Under the pieces are notes generated by a model that was not told where the DNA came from, did no database searches, and saw nothing but the letters and a program-made list of their open reading frames with translations. 64,000 bases of DNA from a virus, in IMG/VR virus record IMGVR_UViG_3300045199_000074; one strand, given 5' to 3'. Positions 1 through 7,840 of this stretch are shown piece after piece. Made by a program: the position numbers and the translations under genes. Every line of letters starts with the position of its first letter. The stretch's first letter is position 1.

Positions 1-45
1 GGTGACGTTGGTGGTATTAATCGCGATAGCTTGCACGAAACGCAT
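1..45 (-). CDS. 5' end of a CDS running off the window (MRFVQAIAINTTNVT...)
   Basis: ATG at 45 on the minus strand, preceded by AGGAG/AAGG; open to the window edge. Confidence 0.4.
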   Translation of the reverse strand, partial: MRFVQAIAINTTNVT

Positions 46-265
46 CTGAAAACCTTTTTCTCCTGAGCTTTAATAGCTCTATTTTTAATAATTATACTGA
101 CGGCGAGATAATGTCAATTTATGAAATCTTCCATACTGCGTTTTTTTAAACCGCCATAAAGGTGACTTATTAGAACCTCATTACTATTTTTTGAAGAATG
201 CGACGTTCTACATCTTCGCTGGTTCCTATGAAATGTTACGTATCCGATAAAAATATGTCGCTTCA

Positions 266-1252
266 TTAAGACGTGACAGCTCTATTTAACAGGTTTAATA
301 CGATTCCCTGTACGTCTTCCGATGTCTTTTCTCGTGCAAACTTGTCCTTAATGTCTTCCAACAGGATTGAGCCGTCATCGCTTTTAGCCATTTCCATTGA
401 GCTGTTGGCATTAAGAAGATTTACAAAGGCGCTGTCGAAGTCCTTATTCGTTTCAGAACTCGGGGCTTCGCCAGGTGAGATTGCATCAATCAGCTTGCCA
501 GTGAGATCAAAGATAATTTTCTCGTGAGGGATTGCAAATTTTTCGAGTCCCCCTTTTGCTGTTAACGCAAAAACGGCTGGTTCATGATCAATTGCATCCA
601 CGTGTTGCCGAGTGATATTGCCAGGGTTAAACCAAACAGTCGTATTCGCTTTCACAACATTCTTGCGTAAATGCATGTGGCCATTCACGACTAACCTGCA
701 GCCAATGATGGCTTGAGGCGCTACAGAGCCAGGGTAAGGATTTTCAAATGCCACGTCATGATGTGTCAGCCAGATGATCTGGTCGACAGGACCAAAAAAT
801 GGTCTCGCGTCTGTTGGAAAGCTTTGACCATAGGGTGTTGCTCCTACTCCGACGATTTTGTCACCGATTTTAAACGTCTCTAAAGCGCCAGCCTTCGTGC
901 AAACCTTAAGAACACCGCTCTCTGCAATAATCGCAAGTGTGTCCGAATCTGTAAGTGTGTCATTAATCTTGTCGTGATTGCCGACGTTGGAAATTGGTGT
1001 TGTCCAGCTCTGGCGTAAAATGCGGATAAGTTTCGTTTTGAGTGCTTCGTCTTTTTCAACGGCTTCATCGAACATGTCGCCTAGAAAACAAGGTACGAAC
1101 TTTCGCTCATTGCAAAGGTTGATCACGTATTCAATTTTCTTGAGTACAGTCAGGCTGAAGTTTCTGTCCTTACGACGACCTGGCTTCTTAGAGCTGAGAT
1201 GTGGATCTCCGATAAATAGCAGTCCATCTACTTCACGAATGGTTTCAGTCAT
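266..1252 (-). CDS. Mre11/SbcD-like calcineurin-type metallophosphoesterase nuclease
   Basis: Motifs IGDPH, LGDMFD, VGNHD, THH, GHMH and NPG; start MTETIRE overlaps the end of the upstream Rad50-like gene. Confidence 0.85.
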   Translation of the reverse strand: MTETIREVDGLLFIGDPHLSSKKPGRRKDRNFSLTVLKKIEYVINLCNERKFVPCFLGDMFDEAVEKDEALKTKLIRILRQSWTTPISNVGNHDKINDTLTDSDTLAIIAESGVLKVCTKAGALETFKIGDKIVGVGATPYGQSFPTDARPFFGPVDQIIWLTHHDVAFENPYPGSVAPQAIIGCRLVVNGHMHLRKNVVKANTTVWFNPGNITRQHVDAIDHEPAVFALTAKGGLEKFAIPHEKIIFDLTGKLIDAISPGEAPSSETNKDFDSAFVNLLNANSSMEMAKSDDGSILLEDIKDKFAREKTSEDVQGIVLNLLNRAVTS

Positions 1253-3446
1253 GTGTACAGTCTTCCGTATGGCTGTGTCGAAGCAGAGATGTGGCACTTT
1301 TAATCGTACCCTGACAAAGTGGGCATGTGTTTCCCATAGAGGCGACCACTGTATTCAGTTCGTTTTCCACATTTGTCATTTCGATTTCGGTTTGGGCTAA
1401 GTTTTGTTTCGTTTTATGAACTCGTAAGGCTGCATCCTTGATTGATACGATTAGTTCATTAGGAGACTTGTTATCTACAAGATCCGGCATAATTGCTGGA
1501 AGAGAAGCAAGAACTGCGTCCCTTTCCTTGATCTTTCCCATATAAACACGTGTGTCACGAATGGATTTCCCACATTTGATCGCATCATCATTTCTGATGA
1601 TCTCTGGTGCAGATCGAGGCAGGTTCTGGAGAATGCTCAATGTCTCCGTATTTTTCTTGATCGTTTTCTCCACATCTATGATGGTCGAAAGCGTTACGTG
1701 TAATCGTTGAGTGTCATGAATTTCTGGTTCGACATCAGGCAACATTGTCAAAGCATTCACAACCTTCTTTTTATGGAAGATGTGCCTTGTATTGTCTTCA
1801 ATGTTTTGCGCAATGTTCACAAGGCGCTCACTATTGATAAGAGAAGGCCCATTTGCTGGTAAGTTGGAAAGCGCTTCAATGATTTCTGTTTTTTGAGATA
1901 CATTTTTAATGGAAGCTCTAATTTTATCCGCAATCTCAACAATTTTGGAATGTGTAGATGCTTGAAGTTCCATGCTCTTGACATCATCAACATCAGGCAA
2001 CTTACTTAACGCGTCTAGTTTTCCTGAAACCAAGGCCTTGTTCGCATCTGCTTTTTTAAGATTGTCGCAAACAATCTCCATTTTTGATGTTGCATCAGAT
2101 GTTGCCTGAAATGCGTCAAGCATGCTTTTAGCTTTTTCAATTAAGCGAACGCATTCAGGTAGCTTGTCCATTTTCTCTAGGCGATCCAGCAATTTTCCCA
2201 TTTCAGCTTCGCCTTCCTTTACCCTCGCACTATCCAAGGTGCATTGCTCCTTGTGAAGGGTCAGCATTTTGCGAATATGGCTTGCTTCTTGTCCAACAGA
2301 GAGAACCGCTGCGCGCTTTGATGCTGGCTGATTTAGCAGAAAAACAGGCTCTTTTTGTTTAATCGCGTGAATGTCCATTCCTTCAAGAGGTCCAATCTTG
2401 AATTCTGTCATGACCCATTCGGGAACGGCACGTCCACCAGTATTAAAATCTTCGCTTACAAGCGAGCCATCAGCGTTTAGATAGCGCCATCGATTAATCG
2501 GGTTGCGCTTTACCTGTCTGTCCCATGAAAGGATACGACCACCAGCAAAACCGATTTCAACTGTACAGATGCGTTCACCCCAACGGATTAGACTATCCCT
2601 TGCCTCTCCGTAGAACACGGCACGGAAAGCACGCACAAACGAGCTTTTACCGATATTGTTCGCACCGACCAGTGCATTGACGCCTGGTGTTAAATGTAAA
2701 GTCTCGTCAATATATCCCTGAAAGTTTTTTAGACGAATCCATCGAATGCCCTGTTCTTCATTGGTCCAAACATGCGGTCTAGGATTGTTTTCAACCCGTA
2801 CGCCCTCCGGGTGTTCGGGGTGGCCAGAAAGTTTAGCAATCGAAATGTCAGTGTCGAATGTCGTCACATCATGATGTGAAACAGCCAGACATTGCACACC
2901 AATTTTGCGGGCAGCATCTTTCACAACACCGTAAAATGATGGAACTCGATCCGTCGCAACCCAGCAATCGCTTTCGTCAAGAAGCAGGAAGCGGCTCATG
3001 CCTGAGCGGACAACGCCGATCATACGAAGACCAAGAGATACGAGGTTGGTCAGCGCTCCACCCTGATCTTCGTAAATGTCTTCCGAGCGATCAACAGAAC
3101 GTCGCGAAACAATATCGAGCGACGGCTGCCCTCTTTCAATTTGCAGATCGAGACCAATTGGCGCTTCATTCTGGAGAACCTCTGTCACAAGGGCTGTAAG
3201 TAGCATCTCGTAATTTGAGACCAGACGAGCGTTAGTTTCAGATTGCAATTGTTCCAGAAAATCACTGACCTTCGCCTTATTTGCCAAGCGACCCTTTGCA
3301 ACACCTACTTCATTGGTTAGTGTCTCGCGACGTCTGATCAATGACGTTTGTTCGCCGACGAGTTCTGCAATTTTTCGTTCGGCAACAGATAAATTATTTC
3401 TATAAGACAGCAGGTCGGTAAAATTTACGTTCACTTTAAATGCCAT
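1245..3446 (-). CDS. Circularly permuted Rad50/SbcC-like SMC-family ATPase
   Basis: Signature-like QGGA, Walker B FLLLDESD and H-loop VSHH come before IRLKNFQ and Walker A GANNIGKS; then coiled coil and a C-terminal CPLC zinc hook. Start MAFKV with GAGG RBS overlaps the upstream stop. Confidence 0.85.
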   Translation of the reverse strand: MAFKVNVNFTDLLSYRNNLSVAERKIAELVGEQTSLIRRRETLTNEVGVAKGRLANKAKVSDFLEQLQSETNARLVSNYEMLLTALVTEVLQNEAPIGLDLQIERGQPSLDIVSRRSVDRSEDIYEDQGGALTNLVSLGLRMIGVVRSGMSRFLLLDESDCWVATDRVPSFYGVVKDAARKIGVQCLAVSHHDVTTFDTDISIAKLSGHPEHPEGVRVENNPRPHVWTNEEQGIRWIRLKNFQGYIDETLHLTPGVNALVGANNIGKSSFVRAFRAVFYGEARDSLIRWGERICTVEIGFAGGRILSWDRQVKRNPINRWRYLNADGSLVSEDFNTGGRAVPEWVMTEFKIGPLEGMDIHAIKQKEPVFLLNQPASKRAAVLSVGQEASHIRKMLTLHKEQCTLDSARVKEGEAEMGKLLDRLEKMDKLPECVRLIEKAKSMLDAFQATSDATSKMEIVCDNLKKADANKALVSGKLDALSKLPDVDDVKSMELQASTHSKIVEIADKIRASIKNVSQKTEIIEALSNLPANGPSLINSERLVNIAQNIEDNTRHIFHKKKVVNALTMLPDVEPEIHDTQRLHVTLSTIIDVEKTIKKNTETLSILQNLPRSAPEIIRNDDAIKCGKSIRDTRVYMGKIKERDAVLASLPAIMPDLVDNKSPNELIVSIKDAALRVHKTKQNLAQTEIEMTNVENELNTVVASMGNTCPLCQGTIKSATSLLRHSHTEDCTHD
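1440..2012 (-). repeat. Intragenic ~40-aa helical repeats (LxxLPxxxPx[LI]) in the Rad50-like arm
   Basis: LSKLP, LSNLP, LTMLP, LQNLP and LASLP recur at 46, 40, 40 and 40 aa spacing; boundaries approximate. Confidence 0.7.
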
Positions 3447-3717
3447 CCTCGATAGCATTTAATTTTGACGTGATGTCATTTAAAATCGCCTCGAAATCAT
3501 CAACGCGTTTTGTATTTTCTTGATAATTCTCTAGAATTTTTTGACGAATTTCGTCTTCATTGTCTGTCCCTGCAACAGCAATGGCCTGATCTCTCGCAGC
3601 CTTTAAATCGGCTTCAGCGCGTTCCAATTCAGCACTTGTTCGAATTTTTAGATCACGAAATTTTTCGTATTTCGGACGAAGTGAATCTAAACGCGCAATA
3701 TTTTCAGAATCTTTCAT
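3436..3717 (-). CDS. Small coiled-coil protein, first gene of the SbcCD-like operon
   Basis: GGAG RBS, heptad-rich helical sequence, stop overlaps the start of the Rad50-like gene. Confidence 0.75.
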   Translation of the reverse strand: MKDSENIARLDSLRPKYEKFRDLKIRTSAELERAEADLKAARDQAIAVAGTDNEDEIRQKILENYQENTKRVDDFEAILNDITSKLNAIEDGI

Positions 3718-3838
3718 TAAAATATACTCCAATCTATTCGTTAATATCGACTGCTAGTATTAAATGTCAAAGGAAAAATGTTGATTAATTATTTATAAAT
3801 TGATTAATATAATGAAATCGAATTATGGAGGCTTAATA

Positions 3839-4429
3839 ATGCTGAACCCCGAGATTAAAAAAGAGGACAAAGAGCAGATCAATATAAAAAATGAAGCTGA
3901 CAAAGTCATATTTGATGATCTAATAGGGAGGAAGGAATGGAAAAATAGTAAGCTTGGCTATCTTAGTGGGGCCTCATTGATTGTTAATAATTTTAAAACA
4001 ATAGGCAAGACAGCTTCAAATTCTAAATCAAACATAATAACTTTGTGGTCGTCACTGTTTTCCGATTCTGATATAAAAAGCCTGCCTGATGGAGGGGATG
4101 CATCCGAAAGATTCGTAAAATCAATGTCGCTGCACAAAGTAAATGCAAATGATTTAATCAGGATTGCCGATAATACTTACAAGTCATTTTATCTTTACCT
4201 TTCTCTAACTTTGGTAGGCTTGTCGATTGGGTTTTATTCGTTATACATTTCTCCATCAAGCGATATAATTTCTTCTTTCAGCCGTTTTATTATTCTTTTT
4301 GTTTGTATTCCCTTGATGTTTAAACACTCTTACACAAATTGGATTGTCAGAAAACGAAAACTCGGAAAAGTCACTGAGTATTTAATGTCATTTGATTTCC
4401 TTCCCAAAAAAATAAAGGGCCCCAACTGA
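3839..4429 (+). CDS. IcmV/TraX-like inner-membrane protein of a type IVB secretion system
   Basis: GGAGG RBS; two C-terminal hydrophobic segments followed by YTNWIVRKRKLG; located upstream of dotA as icmV/traX are. Confidence 0.55.
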   Translation: MLNPEIKKEDKEQINIKNEADKVIFDDLIGRKEWKNSKLGYLSGASLIVNNFKTIGKTASNSKSNIITLWSSLFSDSDIKSLPDGGDASERFVKSMSLHKVNANDLIRIADNTYKSFYLYLSLTLVGLSIGFYSLYISPSSDIISSFSRFIILFVCIPLMFKHSYTNWIVRKRKLGKVTEYLMSFDFLPKKIKGPN

Positions 4430-4444
4430 GTGGGCCCCTTTATT
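4411..4444. terminator. Bidirectional intrinsic terminator between convergent genes
   Basis: AATAAAGGGCCC...GGGCCCCTTTATT inverted repeat. Confidence 0.7.
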
Positions 4445-4467
4445 TAAAATGTGAAAGACTAGACATA

Positions 4468-4713
4468 TTATTCCTTCTTCATATTATCGCACCATGAAAA
4501 TTTACTCATCGTAGTGTACTTTCGTATTATGTTAGCCTCAAAATATTTTGGGCAATCTCTGTCAAAGGCCTTCTTTTGTTCTGCCTTTATAGCTTCATTA
4601 TAAGGTGCTTCGACACGGGCTCTAGCTTCGTCAGCCTTTATGAGATATGGTATTGCGCATGCAACAGCAACACCTATTATTCCTACGACAACGTAGCTTA
4701 ATTTATTCGACAT
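4468..4713 (-). CDS. Small membrane-anchored protein
   Basis: AAGGA RBS; N-terminal hydrophobic segment YVVVGIIGVAVACAIPYL; two Cys in the C-terminal part. Confidence 0.65.
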   Translation of the reverse strand: MSNKLSYVVVGIIGVAVACAIPYLIKADEARARVEAPYNEAIKAEQKKAFDRDCPKYFEANIIRKYTTMSKFSWCDNMKKE

Positions 4714-4849
4714 AGTGAAATCCTTTCTCCAATTTCTTTTACCCTTATATTTTACAACATAATTCTTGTCAACATTATTTTCCAATTAATTTTGTTGCAT
4801 GCAAAATTTAAAGTTAATATTATTATTAATTAATAATACGGAGCTTGAT

Positions 4850-6943
4850 ATGTTCGATCTTCTAACGACACCGGGCACTACTGATATCGCCTATGATTGG
4901 ATCGGAGTGCTGTTCCCAACCAATGAGAATAGCGCTTTTGGCGCAGCTTTCCAAACATTTACGTCTATGCTTGGCATGCTTGGAGGTCTTTTTTTAGGTT
5001 GGCATGTGATAATAGGCATTGTGTCTTCTGCATATAGTGGAAAAGTTTTGGGGGATAGATTTCACCAAATTTGGGCTCCGTTACGTGTGGTCATCGGATT
5101 TGCAATGCTAATCCCATTGGGAAGCGGCTTCTCTTCGGTTCATTATATATTGAGGGATGTTATCGGTAAAGCTGCTGTCAATATGGGGAATGCTCCTATC
5201 ATAGCATACATCGATCACTTGGCCAAAAATGGTGGTGATGTTAATATGACCTCTATGGCTGGTACTTTTTTGATTAGAGAAATCATTGAACGAGAAGTCT
5301 GTGTTATAGTTCGTGATGCTATTGATAACGTATCGAAACCCCAGCTTCCTAATAGTGCTGGATTCACGGTTCCAGTGGTAGGTGGCGATTCTGATTCAGC
5401 TACTAGACATATTACTCGTTGGTCGTACGGTTCGTGTGGTTCATTCGGGTTTGAGACCGTTTATGCCGATACGGGTGTTAAATCAGCGGACAATTCAGCT
5501 ACAAGTAATCTTAATGTTGCCTACAAAGCTTTCCACGACAAGCGAGCAGTTGCCACCCAGGAAATGATAGACACACTCCGTTCTCGTGGCTTCACTCCTG
5601 AATTGCAAAAGGCACTCGGAGAGTATTTCAGTAAGAAGTCTTATAGTGAGTTAGCTTCTGCTGGAATTGCTAAGAGTTTGGAGCAAGGTGGGATCACAAT
5701 TAATGCTGTTGGTATTTTAATGAATGATCTCGGTGCTACTTGGAACTCAAAGGTTCAACAGGCAGCACGTGAAATATATAATGCTTCTGCAAGTGAGAGT
5801 AAGGACGCTTTGGCGAAGCGTATCGAGACTTATGGCTTCATGGTGGCTGGTACTTATGAACGTGAACTATCGAAAATTTCTGGAAACACATCGCGCTTAT
5901 CGAACGCTATGCCGTTCACTACTATTCCGAATCCTGGTACATCATATATTGATGCGTATCGAGCAGCTGTTGACGCGATCTATCTCAATCGTAACCTAGA
6001 TTCAGATGAGCTTCTCGCAAAAGGTGGTGCAGATATGTCTGATGGAGGTGATGCCTTAAGTTCATTGATGAATAAAATCATGCCATCAATGGATGTATTG
6101 CAAAGGAAATCTCATTTATCTAGTGACCCAGTCGGAGAGATGATATCATTTGGACACACACTTCTCGCATTTGCACAAGTTCTAATTCTGGGCGTATTAG
6201 CTGCTGTTTCACTATCTGAGGGAGGGGCTGGTAACGCTGTTGCGGCTTTCTTTGGTGCAAAGGGCGTCGCTGCTGGTCTGCAATATCTATCTCAATGGAT
6301 ATCATATTTTATTCTGATTCTGATCGTGGTGGGTGTATTACATGCATATATTTTGCCTATGATACCTATGATCATGGTTTTTGTTATGGGTATATCGTGG
6401 TTGGTTTTATTTTTGGAAGCGGCTATTGCTGGCGTTCTTTGGGCTTTTGCATTTATTCGAATGGATGGTCAAGAATTTTTTGATAGGCATCAAAGCAATG
6501 GTGTTAGCCTGCTATTCAATCTATTTTTGCGACCAGCAATTGGGATGTTAGCATTCATTGGTGGCATTATTTTGCTCCCAACGATGCTGAGAGCGTTGGA
6601 TCTGATTTGGAACGATGCATTTTATGCTCAAGCTGGTTCAGCATGGACATTTACAGGATTATTCTGGTTGGCAACGAATCTTGTTATGTATTTTTGGTTA
6701 CAATGGCACCTTACTCTCCGTCTATTCGGATTGGTTCCAACAATTGCTGATCGTGTAGGTCATTGGATGGGCTTCTCTGGTGGGCATGGTTATAACGATG
6801 GCCAAGAAACTACTGCAGCCGTTGGTGCCGCTGTCGCGGCAGGTACCGCAGTGTCGAAAGCGCCAATTAATCCTCAGGTTAATCTGGATGCGAAGAAAAA
6901 GAGAGAAAATGCCCCACCTCCTCCTCATGAAGAGGGGAAATAG
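4850..6943 (+). CDS. dotA: DotA/TraY family type IVB secretion membrane protein
   Basis: N-terminal SAYSGKVLGDRFHQIWAPLRVVIG; large periplasmic domain; C-terminal DPVGEMISFGH, YILPMIP, LEAAIAGVLWA and LFLRP motifs with multiple TM segments. Confidence 0.9.
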   Translation: MFDLLTTPGTTDIAYDWIGVLFPTNENSAFGAAFQTFTSMLGMLGGLFLGWHVIIGIVSSAYSGKVLGDRFHQIWAPLRVVIGFAMLIPLGSGFSSVHYILRDVIGKAAVNMGNAPIIAYIDHLAKNGGDVNMTSMAGTFLIREIIEREVCVIVRDAIDNVSKPQLPNSAGFTVPVVGGDSDSATRHITRWSYGSCGSFGFETVYADTGVKSADNSATSNLNVAYKAFHDKRAVATQEMIDTLRSRGFTPELQKALGEYFSKKSYSELASAGIAKSLEQGGITINAVGILMNDLGATWNSKVQQAAREIYNASASESKDALAKRIETYGFMVAGTYERELSKISGNTSRLSNAMPFTTIPNPGTSYIDAYRAAVDAIYLNRNLDSDELLAKGGADMSDGGDALSSLMNKIMPSMDVLQRKSHLSSDPVGEMISFGHTLLAFAQVLILGVLAAVSLSEGGAGNAVAAFFGAKGVAAGLQYLSQWISYFILILIVVGVLHAYILPMIPMIMVFVMGISWLVLFLEAAIAGVLWAFAFIRMDGQEFFDRHQSNGVSLLFNLFLRPAIGMLAFIGGIILLPTMLRALDLIWNDAFYAQAGSAWTFTGLFWLATNLVMYFWLQWHLTLRLFGLVPTIADRVGHWMGFSGGHGYNDGQETTAAVGAAVAAGTAVSKAPINPQVNLDAKKKRENAPPPPHEEGK

Positions 6944-6967
6944 GACTTTCAATAAGTTGTCTTGATC

Positions 6968-6992
6968 AAAAAAGGCCCTCCGGGGCCTTTTT
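6968..6992. terminator. Bidirectional intrinsic terminator
   Basis: A-run, GGCCC-TCCG-GGGCC, T-run between dotA and the convergent tRNA cluster. Confidence 0.8.
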
Positions 6993-7067
6993 CTTATGTA
7001 TGATTGTGAGGGGCATCTTTTTATGGCCACTTTGTTTAGTTAGTTTTTTAAAATAGAATTTAGGTGA

Positions 7068-7142
7068 TGGTACCGCTGAGGAGAATCGAACTCCCATTTT
7101 CTGATTGAAAATCAGACGTCCTAACCATTAGACGACAGCGAC
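7068..7142 (-). tRNA. tRNA-Glu(TTC)
   Basis: Cloverleaf; anticodon arm TCTGA-TTTTCAA-TCAGA; T-loop TTCGATT; encoded CCA. Confidence 0.9.
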
Positions 7143-7144
7143 AC

Positions 7145-7221
7145 TGGCGGCGATGACGGGAATCGAACCCGTAACCTTCTGATCGACAGTCAGATGCTCT
7201 AACCAATTGAGCTACACCACC
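7145..7221 (-). tRNA. tRNA-Asp(GTC)
   Basis: Cloverleaf; TCTGA-CTGTCGA-TCAGA; G73; encoded CCA. Confidence 0.93.
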
Positions 7222-7222
7222 G

Positions 7223-7294
7223 TACCGCCAACGGGGTTCGAACCCGTGTCACCGCCTTGAGAGGGCAGCATCCTAACCACTAGAAGATGGCGGC
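7223..7294 (-). tRNA. tRNA-Glu(CTC), no encoded CCA
   Basis: Cloverleaf; CTGCC-CTCTCAA-GGCGG; a single C separates the discriminator from tRNA-Asp. Confidence 0.9.
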
Positions 7295-7338
7295 TTATCA
7301 AGACAACTCGCCGAACCTTTCAGTCAGTTTGTTTGTTC

Positions 7339-7417
7339 TTGATGATCTATTTATTGCATATTAAAAAACTGTCGTCAATATATAAAATTCATTTTCTTTA
7401 ATATTTTCAATAACTTA
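7339..7417 (-). promoter_or_regulatory. Sigma70-type promoter of tRNA cluster 1 with an upstream IHF-like site
   Basis: TTGACG at 7378-7373; same layout as 24197-24275; TTTCAATAACTTA resembles WATCAANNNNTTR. Confidence 0.6.
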
Positions 7418-7470
7418 GGTTGATTTCAATAGAAATCCGCTCGCTGCCTTTGGCCTCGTTAAAACTGCTA

Positions 7471-7524
7471 TCATTTGGTTTTGTCACGTTCTCGTTCGTC
7501 GCTATCGTCGTCGCCTTCTGGCAT
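7471..7524 (-). CDS. Putative 17-aa Asp/Glu-rich peptide MPEGDDDSDERERDKTK
   Basis: Strong AAGGAG RBS 6 nt before ATG; below the ORF-track cutoff. Confidence 0.35.
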   Translation of the reverse strand: MPEGDDDSDERERDKTK

Positions 7525-7572
7525 TGACTTCTCCTTTCTTTCTCAATCATTTCGGGTTGTAACTTGGAAAAT

Positions 7573-7596
7573 AAAAAAGGGCCGCAATTGCGACCC
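7573..7596 (-). terminator. Intrinsic terminator GGGTCGC-AATT-GCGGCCC-T6
   Basis: GC hairpin followed by T-run on the minus strand. Confidence 0.7.
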
Positions 7597-7653
7597 AAAA
7601 AAGAAATTACCTATCTTTTTAACGGCCGCGTGCTTGACGGCCGCCGATAACGG

Positions 7654-7719
7654 CTACCGCCGGGTGATATCTTCTTCCCGACGTTCTTCAGTACGAATGA
7701 TTAGTGATATGCCGTTCAT
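7654..7719 (-). CDS. Putative 21-aa leader peptide MNGISLIIRTEERREEDITRR
   Basis: TTGACT-17nt-TAAAAC promoter (7770-7742), GGAG RBS, TAG stop embedded in a hairpin. Confidence 0.5.
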   Translation of the reverse strand: MNGISLIIRTEERREEDITRR

Positions 7720-7840
7720 TTTTAACTCCAATGTTATGTATGTTTTAAATGACCCTTTAGAAACAGTCAAGTTTTTCCATTTTTCTATATGTTATTTCAT
7801 AGTTTTCTATTACATTCGCCTTGAAAGATTTGAGGTGATC

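Noticed and set aside
266-3717. Wadjet (JetABCD) or MukBEF-type SMC system
   Set aside because: No kleisin, KITE or Toprim genes; the CxxC hook and Mre11-type nuclease indicate the Rad50/SbcC lineage
7475-7840. 122-aa N-terminal extension of the CCA enzyme in the ORF track
   Set aside because: Family motifs begin only after MKIDIAD at 7841, which has a GAGG RBS; the extension overlaps minus-strand regulatory elements
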